Of a stretch of 64,000 bases of DNA, positions 58,264 to 64,000 are shown in pieces. Where the stretch lies: NCBI GenBank assembly GCA_040387215.1, contig JAZKEG010000006.1, forward strand, positions 132,092-196,091, read 5' to 3'. The notes below the pieces were generated by a model. That model ran no database searches. It was not told the origin of the DNA and saw nothing but the letters and a program-made list of their open reading frames with translations. The translations under genes were made by a program, and so were the position numbers. Positions within the stretch are counted from its first letter, which is position 1. Each line of letters starts with the position of its first letter. The stretch is from Verrucomicrobiota bacterium (GTDB lineage: Bacteria; Verrucomicrobiota; Verrucomicrobiia; Verrucomicrobiales; Akkermansiaceae).

Positions 58264-59343
58264 TTATTTCAGCGACTGGTGAAAGCTGTCCTTTTCCGAA
58301 AGCGAGAGGACGAAGCCGGTGAGCAGATCGATGGTGGTGGCGATGTCGTCGAGGTGAGCGGTTTCCACGACGGAGTGCATGCAACGCAGCGGCAGTGAAA
58401 CGAGGGCGCTGGGGACGCCTTCGCGGGAGTGGAAGATCTTGTCGGTATCGGTGCCGGTGAAGCGGCTGGATGCCTCGTGCTGGACGGGGAGCTTGCCCTT
58501 GTCCGCGACTTCGATGAGGCGTTTGACGACGTGGGGGTGGTTGGCGGTGCCGTGGGAAAGGGTGGGGCCGCCGCCGAGGGTGACGCGGCCAAATTTGTTA
58601 GGATCGATGCCAGGCGTGTCGGTGGCGTGGGTGACGTCGAGGCAAATGCAGAGGTCGGGCTTGAGGCGGTAGGTGGCCATCATCGCGCCATTGCCGCCGA
58701 TTTCTTCCTGCACGGCGTTGAGGCAGACGAGGGTGAAGGCGGGCTTTTTCTTGTTCGCGGCGATGCGCTTGAGGACTTGGGCGATGATGTAGCCGCCGAT
58801 GCGGTTGTCGAGGGCGCGGCCGACGAGGCGCTTGTGGGCCATTTCTAACGGACCGTAGAGATAGACGGCGGGATGGCCGACACGGAGGCCCATGGCGGCG
58901 ACTTCCTTGGCGTTGGATGCACCGACATCGACCCAGAGTTCGTGGACGGCGGGGGATTTTTCCGCCCCCATTTCGTCGCGGCGCAGATGGATAGCGGTGT
59001 TGCCGATGATGCCGGTGACTTCGCCCTTGTCGCCGAGCAAGGTGATGCGGCGGCCACGCGCGGTGGCGGCATCGGAGCCGCCGACGCGGTCGATGCGCAG
59101 GAAGCCGTGGTCATCGACGTGTTTGACCATGTAACCGATTTCGTCGGCGTGGGCCTCCAGCATGACGATGCGCTCGGACTTGCCGGGGAGGGTGGCCCAA
59201 GTGGAGCCGTAGGCGTCGCAAGTGACATCGGCGGCGTGCGGCCGGAGGTGATCCGCCCAGACCTTTTGGCCGGGCATTTCAAAGCCGGTGGGGCTGGGGG
59301 TTTCGAGAAGGTGGAAGAGGAACTCGCGATCGGCCTTGTTCAT
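58264..59343 (-). CDS. M42 family metallopeptidase
   Basis: SPTGFE, AHADEIG, ALDNRIG, VQEEIG, CLDVTHA, GTD, MHS..E. Confidence 0.92.
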   Translation of the reverse strand: MNKADREFLFHLLETPSPTGFEMPGQKVWADHLRPHAADVTCDAYGSTWATLPGKSERIVMLEAHADEIGYMVKHVDDHGFLRIDRVGGSDAATARGRRITLLGDKGEVTGIIGNTAIHLRRDEMGAEKSPAVHELWVDVGASNAKEVAAMGLRVGHPAVYLYGPLEMAHKRLVGRALDNRIGGYIIAQVLKRIAANKKKPAFTLVCLNAVQEEIGGNGAMMATYRLKPDLCICLDVTHATDTPGIDPNKFGRVTLGGGPTLSHGTANHPHVVKRLIEVADKGKLPVQHEASSRFTGTDTDKIFHSREGVPSALVSLPLRCMHSVVETAHLDDIATTIDLLTGFVLSLSEKDSFHQSLK

Positions 59344-59412
59344 GGCCGGGATTGAAACAGGCGGGGCAAGACTGGCAAGGGAGGATTGGCCTCGGCGCGA
59401 GATGCTAGGCGG

Positions 59413-60096
59413 TTAGGGATTCGCGTCGGCGGGCGGCGTCATGTACTCGTCCACGGCGCGGTAGGAGGTTTTGCCATTCGCAGAGGTGAAGAAGATGAGG
59501 TAGCTGCGCAGCAGTTGGTCGATGGGCCAACGGGTGGAGCTGATGAGCTTGTCGCCGGTCTCGTCACGGGTGGCGAAGGTGACGTCGTAGTAAGCATTTT
59601 CCTTGGCACCAGCGGGGCGGGATTTGAGAGCCTCGCCGGGTTTGAGGACGAGCGGTGTGGTGCCGAGTTTGCCGAGCACCGTTTTGACCGAGCGGTTGAT
59701 GAAGAAGACGTCGCCGGATTTGAAGGTGGGATCGTCGGTGCGGACGACGATGGGTTTGTATCCGGCGGGTTTGGCGGCGACGAGGATGATGGCGAAGGCC
59801 TTTCCCGTTTCGGGCAGCGTGATGGTGCAGAGGGGGATTTCCTTCGCGCTGGTTTTGAGGATCATGGTCCGCGCTGGGACTTCGACGGGCGGAGACATGA
59901 AATCGACGGGCAGCTCGAAAGGCGCGGACTTGGTTTCATCGGTCAGCAAGAAGACGGTTCCCAAATTGGCTGGCACAGCTTCGGCGAAGAATTTGACCTG
60001 GACGCCGGAGCCGGACTTTTTCTTGGCTGAATTTTCCTCTTGGGCGAAGGCGGGGATGAAGCAGGCGAGGAGCAGGCAGAGAATTCGGGTCGTCAT
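59413..60096 (-). CDS. Hypothetical secreted beta-rich protein (partner of GspK-like gene)
   Basis: Signal peptide ending PAFA; beta-strand pattern; 27 nt downstream of the giant GspK-like gene. Confidence 0.7.
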   Translation of the reverse strand: MTTRILCLLLACFIPAFAQEENSAKKKSGSGVQVKFFAEAVPANLGTVFLLTDETKSAPFELPVDFMSPPVEVPARTMILKTSAKEIPLCTITLPETGKAFAIILVAAKPAGYKPIVVRTDDPTFKSGDVFFINRSVKTVLGKLGTTPLVLKPGEALKSRPAGAKENAYYDVTFATRDETGDKLISSTRWPIDQLLRSYLIFFTSANGKTSYRAVDEYMTPPADANP

Positions 60097-60123
60097 GCGG
60101 TGGTTGGGATTTAAGTCTGGGTA

Positions 60124-63100
60124 TCATGCTTCCTGCGGGCTCAGCCAGCGGAATGAGACGATTTCGAAACGACGCCCGAACGTTTTGTTGAGCGGTGAAA
60201 TGGCGGAGTAGGTGGTTTCCGGCTTGTCCGTGGGATCGATGAACTCAGGCGAACGCTGGACGACGGCTTCACACCAGGCCCGCGCGATGACTTTGCCCGA
60301 CTGGTCCACTTTTTCCCCATAGCCGCGGACCATGAATGAATCCGAGCGAGCGGAAAGGATGGGTGCGATGGGGGTGAGGATGTCGGCTTGTTTGATGATG
60401 CCGGGAGCGCCGTAGGATTTCGGGCCATCCTCCGCTTCGCCGAAGGTGAAACGTCCGCTGGCGGCGCTGTCGACGGCGCGGGTGCCGGATTGATAAGGCG
60501 AGTTGATGCCGACGGTGTCCGAGTCGAGGGCATTTTGGATGGCTCCAGCGCGTGCGAGATCGGTGTCTGAACCGACGCGGCGGTTGACGAAATCGGCGAG
60601 GCTGAGGAAGGGGCCGCGCTTGCGCACTTCCTCGACGATGCCTTGGGCGAGCCGTTCGATTTCGGTGTCGTTGAGCGTGCGACGACCGACCCATTGGGCG
60701 GAGTCCTGCAAGTTGCCGCCGCCGCCTTGGCCTGGGGCCACGGCTTCCATGGGGGACATCAGACCGGCGACGGGAGTGTCGGTTTGGCCGGATTGGATGG
60801 ATTCCTTACCCGCACCATCGCGGACGACGACGGGCCGTTGTTTGCGCGCGCCGAGCAGGTTTTTCCACGCTTCGACGGAGGTGGAGTTCACGTTGAAGAG
60901 TCCGTCCACGCGGATGAGGCTGGCGATTTCGGCGGTGGCGATGTCGCTCGGAGTGACGCCGGAGAGGTAGGTGGAAACCACGTCACCAGCGGATTTGCCG
61001 TGGAGTTCGGGTCGGTAGTGGACGCAGGGCAGAGGAGCAGTGCCGTCGAAAAACTCGCTGGCGACGGTCTTTTGGTCGCGGGATGTGCCGAAGGTGGTGC
61101 CGGTCTGGTGGGTGATGCCGGAGAGGAACCAACTGTCCCATAGAGCGGTGTTGGCGAGGTAGGAATGGTCGGCCAGCGGGCGCACGCCGTTCAGGGTTCC
61201 CTTGACTTGGTTGGCAGGGAGGACAGGGCAGGCCATGGAATTGCCGATGGCGTGGGAAATCTGCGGCATCATCGGTTCACGCGCGTTGATCGTGCCATAG
61301 CCATACTTCGGGCGTTGAATGTCGAAGCCGTTGGCAAACGAATGCTGAAAAGCGGCGAGCGAGACGATGGGTTCGCGCGGGACGGAATGGGTGCTGACGA
61401 AGCTGGTGCCATCTTGGGCGTTGAGTGCTCCGCCGAAATAGGCATTTCCAGTGGAGCTAGTTTCCAAGCTGCGGTTTTTCCAACTCTGCAGCGCTTCGAC
61501 GGAATATTCGAAAGGCAGCATGTCGCGCTCCTTCGCCGAGAGGTCGTAGAAATCAATATGGAGGGCTTTGGGATTGAAGCGGGCGAGGGTGCGCGTGCCA
61601 CGGTCAGAGCTGCCTTCGGTCTTGGCATTGAACGAAAGCAGCATGATGGGTTGCTTGTTGGTGGCGAGGTTTGCCGCTGGAATGGAGCGACCGTTCGGAA
61701 TGGAAATGAAGACGTCTCTTAGGGAAGCATCATTGGCGTAGAGGCGAGCGCCGGAGGGTTTAGTCCCGGCGATGCCAGGTGCGACGGTTCCACGATTCTC
61801 GGCAGGCCTGAGGCGTTTGTTGCCGAAGTCCCAGTCGATGGCCATGTTGCCAATGCCGAGGCTGTCGCCCCACTCTGCGCGATCGGGGCCGACATAGTAT
61901 TCGTGATGGGTGAGCGAGTAATGGCGGTTGTGGGAAGTGCCACCGCTATTCGCGGTGCGACCGCTTTGTGAGGTGGCTCCGGCAGTTAGGTTGTTCGGTC
62001 GCGCTTGGAAGGAAATGGTCTCGTTGGAAGCGATATCAACAAAAGCGCCGGAGCGATCACGCACTGGCATGGTGAGTCCGCCGCCGTAGTTGAATCCCTT
62101 GCGTCCTGCTAGACGGTGCAAGTTGCCTGCGCTCTCTTTGGCCAAGGTGGTGCCGCTTTGGGAAAATTTGATGACTTCGCCTGGCTTGAAAACGATCTGT
62201 TCGGCGGGGGTGGCCCCCATTTCCATGCTGAGGTAATTGGAGTCACCATCGGAAGTGTTGCCGGCATTGGAAAGGATGGCGGCCATGGGGAAGGTCCGTA
62301 GGCCAGAGCTACTGCGGATGATGAGGTCGTAGGGAATTTGCCAGTATTTGACCGTGAGGAAGGAGGAGGTGGGTATAGAGACGGGAACGTCGAGGGGGTT
62401 CCACATGGTGACAATGGGGTCCGCCACAAGGTGCAAGCGGTTGGCCGCCCCGACGCGGCGTGTCTGGAGAGAAAGTGCAACCTGATAGCTAATGACGATG
62501 GGTTGTTTGAAGTAGAAGCTGTCGTCGGCGCGGCAGGCACTAGGCGAAGATAGAACCTGAAGGTGGGGCGTGCCGGAGGCCATGGTGCCACCGGTGGTGA
62601 AGCGGGCACCGCCGGACCATTTCAAGCCATTGCGATTGTTGGTGGTGGAGCAGAGGTTGTAGTAGGTCCAGAGTTCTTGGAAATTGATGCCGGTCTCGCC
62701 GTTGACGGTGTAGAGGACGTTTTTGCCGGTAGGAGCGGGTGGTGTTCTGCGCTCGAGTTCCATCGAGAGGTCCTTGCGGAAGCCACCGGAACGAACGTTG
62801 GTGAGGAGGCCGCGGTTGCTGGTGGTGAGGTCATGGAACAGCCCGCGGATTTTTTGTGGATCGTTCGCGACCAGTCCGGTGCTTTGCCAGGTGGAGACTT
62901 TCGTGAGGCGACTGTCATTGACCATCAGCCCGGCGAAGGGCTTGTCGGTGCCGCTGGTAGCAGCCTGAAGATTGGAGGCGGGTGCGGTTTGCTGGTCGGC
63001 TCTGACCTCGGCGATGGCATCGGGGATTTCGGCGGCGGGAGTGACGAGACTCTTGGTGCCGAGATCACTCACCCACCAGCCAAGTTTGGTCTTCGATCCG

Positions 63101-63648
63101 TTAGGAAAGGTCTGGGCCATCAGCGGGACGGTCACTGGGTCACCGTCGGGACCGACGCTGTTCGCGGTGACGATCTGCACGGTGTCGCCTGTGATCGGGC
63201 TGCGGGCGAAGGCGGGGTCGTTTAGCTTGTCTGAATCCCCCGAGACAAACCATTGGAGAAACTCCGGCGTCGGGCGGGAGGCATCGGGCAATGCCTCGGG
63301 CCATGAGTTGTAGGCACCGGCCCATTGGCGTTGGTTCTGCGGGGCAGCGGAGGACGATGAATTGGTCCCGGCAAGCTGGTCGGCGGTGGTGGAAATGCGC
63401 GGGTCCGGGCCGAGTTGTTTCTGCAAGTCGCCGATGGCGAGCATCAGCGCGATGCGGGCATTGGCGCGGGCCGCTTGCATCGCGTCGGTTTGGTTGGTTG
63501 AGCGCAGACTGATCGACGAAAGAGTCAGCAGTCCGACCGCAATGACCGTCAGGAGTATCATCAGCGAGAGCGTGACAATCAGCGCGAAACCTCTCGCACG
63601 ACGGAATTGAAAAGCGGGCCAGAGTGCCGAAGCAGAATGGGTTTTCAT
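60124..63648 (-). CDS. Giant GspK/PilX-like protein (Verru_Chthon A-like)
   Basis: RG|FALIVTLSLMILL, ARANARIAL..AIGDLQ..GPD.R, FNVNSTS, RGPFLSL.DFVNR, SARSDSF.VRGYG, GRRF.IVSFRWL. Confidence 0.8.
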   Translation of the reverse strand: MKTHSASALWPAFQFRRARGFALIVTLSLMILLTVIAVGLLTLSSISLRSTNQTDAMQAARANARIALMLAIGDLQKQLGPDPRISTTADQLAGTNSSSSAAPQNQRQWAGAYNSWPEALPDASRPTPEFLQWFVSGDSDKLNDPAFARSPITGDTVQIVTANSVGPDGDPVTVPLMAQTFPNGSKTKLGWWVSDLGTKSLVTPAAEIPDAIAEVRADQQTAPASNLQAATSGTDKPFAGLMVNDSRLTKVSTWQSTGLVANDPQKIRGLFHDLTTSNRGLLTNVRSGGFRKDLSMELERRTPPAPTGKNVLYTVNGETGINFQELWTYYNLCSTTNNRNGLKWSGGARFTTGGTMASGTPHLQVLSSPSACRADDSFYFKQPIVISYQVALSLQTRRVGAANRLHLVADPIVTMWNPLDVPVSIPTSSFLTVKYWQIPYDLIIRSSSGLRTFPMAAILSNAGNTSDGDSNYLSMEMGATPAEQIVFKPGEVIKFSQSGTTLAKESAGNLHRLAGRKGFNYGGGLTMPVRDRSGAFVDIASNETISFQARPNNLTAGATSQSGRTANSGGTSHNRHYSLTHHEYYVGPDRAEWGDSLGIGNMAIDWDFGNKRLRPAENRGTVAPGIAGTKPSGARLYANDASLRDVFISIPNGRSIPAANLATNKQPIMLLSFNAKTEGSSDRGTRTLARFNPKALHIDFYDLSAKERDMLPFEYSVEALQSWKNRSLETSSTGNAYFGGALNAQDGTSFVSTHSVPREPIVSLAAFQHSFANGFDIQRPKYGYGTINAREPMMPQISHAIGNSMACPVLPANQVKGTLNGVRPLADHSYLANTALWDSWFLSGITHQTGTTFGTSRDQKTVASEFFDGTAPLPCVHYRPELHGKSAGDVVSTYLSGVTPSDIATAEIASLIRVDGLFNVNSTSVEAWKNLLGARKQRPVVVRDGAGKESIQSGQTDTPVAGLMSPMEAVAPGQGGGGNLQDSAQWVGRRTLNDTEIERLAQGIVEEVRKRGPFLSLADFVNRRVGSDTDLARAGAIQNALDSDTVGINSPYQSGTRAVDSAASGRFTFGEAEDGPKSYGAPGIIKQADILTPIAPILSARSDSFMVRGYGEKVDQSGKVIARAWCEAVVQRSPEFIDPTDKPETTYSAISPLNKTFGRRFEIVSFRWLSPQEA

Positions 63649-64000
63649 GGGTTTTGTTGGGGTTTTTAAAAAGAGAAAATTGCCTACAATGTCTTCACTT
63701 TGTCTCTATTTGTAACAGAACAGTGCACCACACGTTCGGATCGCTGCCTATTACAAGAAAGGGTTATGCCGGGGCGGGAATGCACCCAGTTTCTATAGAA
63801 ACGAGAAACGGATCTGGAATTACCGAGAAATTGACGAGGCTGAGAATATTTCTGAAATCTGAGCAAATCGGTCGGGGCATTTGCGCTTTGAACACGGATT
63901 TTGGAGGGAGTCTTTGGAATGGCTGCATCGACCCAAGTTGGTCTTGGTGGGTAGAGGGGATCCCTCGGGAAATCGGCAGGGAGATCAAAGGCAGAGAGTT

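Overview
GC-rich bacterial chromosome segment, most likely Verrucomicrobiota (Luteolibacter-like); this is inferred from pseudopilin cassettes, a planctomycete-type cytochrome c/DUF1501 pair and PrsK/PrsR. It is gene-dense, with about 50 CDS and one tRNA-Ser(GGA). Housekeeping genes include parE, purH, gcvP, trmB, glf, kup, comEC and pgsA. There are also CAZymes (GH2, GH39, a GH-A/GT2 fusion), a HigBA pair and two giant GspK/PilX-like loci. Most notable: (1) a tandem-HTH, histone-H1-like candidate nucleoid protein with a palindrome over its -10 box; (2) a decayed integron-like attC cassette array without integrase downstream of tRNA-Ser; (3) a degenerate Fic-like toxin-antitoxin pair; (4) L,D-transpeptidase/phosphoserine-phosphatase and cNMP/aspartase fusions; (5) a repeated 'giant GspK-like + secreted partner' module; (6) apparent leaderless promoters; (7) several REP-like and tandem repeats; (8) a 55-aa entericidin-like gene missing from the ORF track. 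No CRISPR array, rRNA, transposase or integrase was seen. All calls come from reading motifs by eye; no searches were run.
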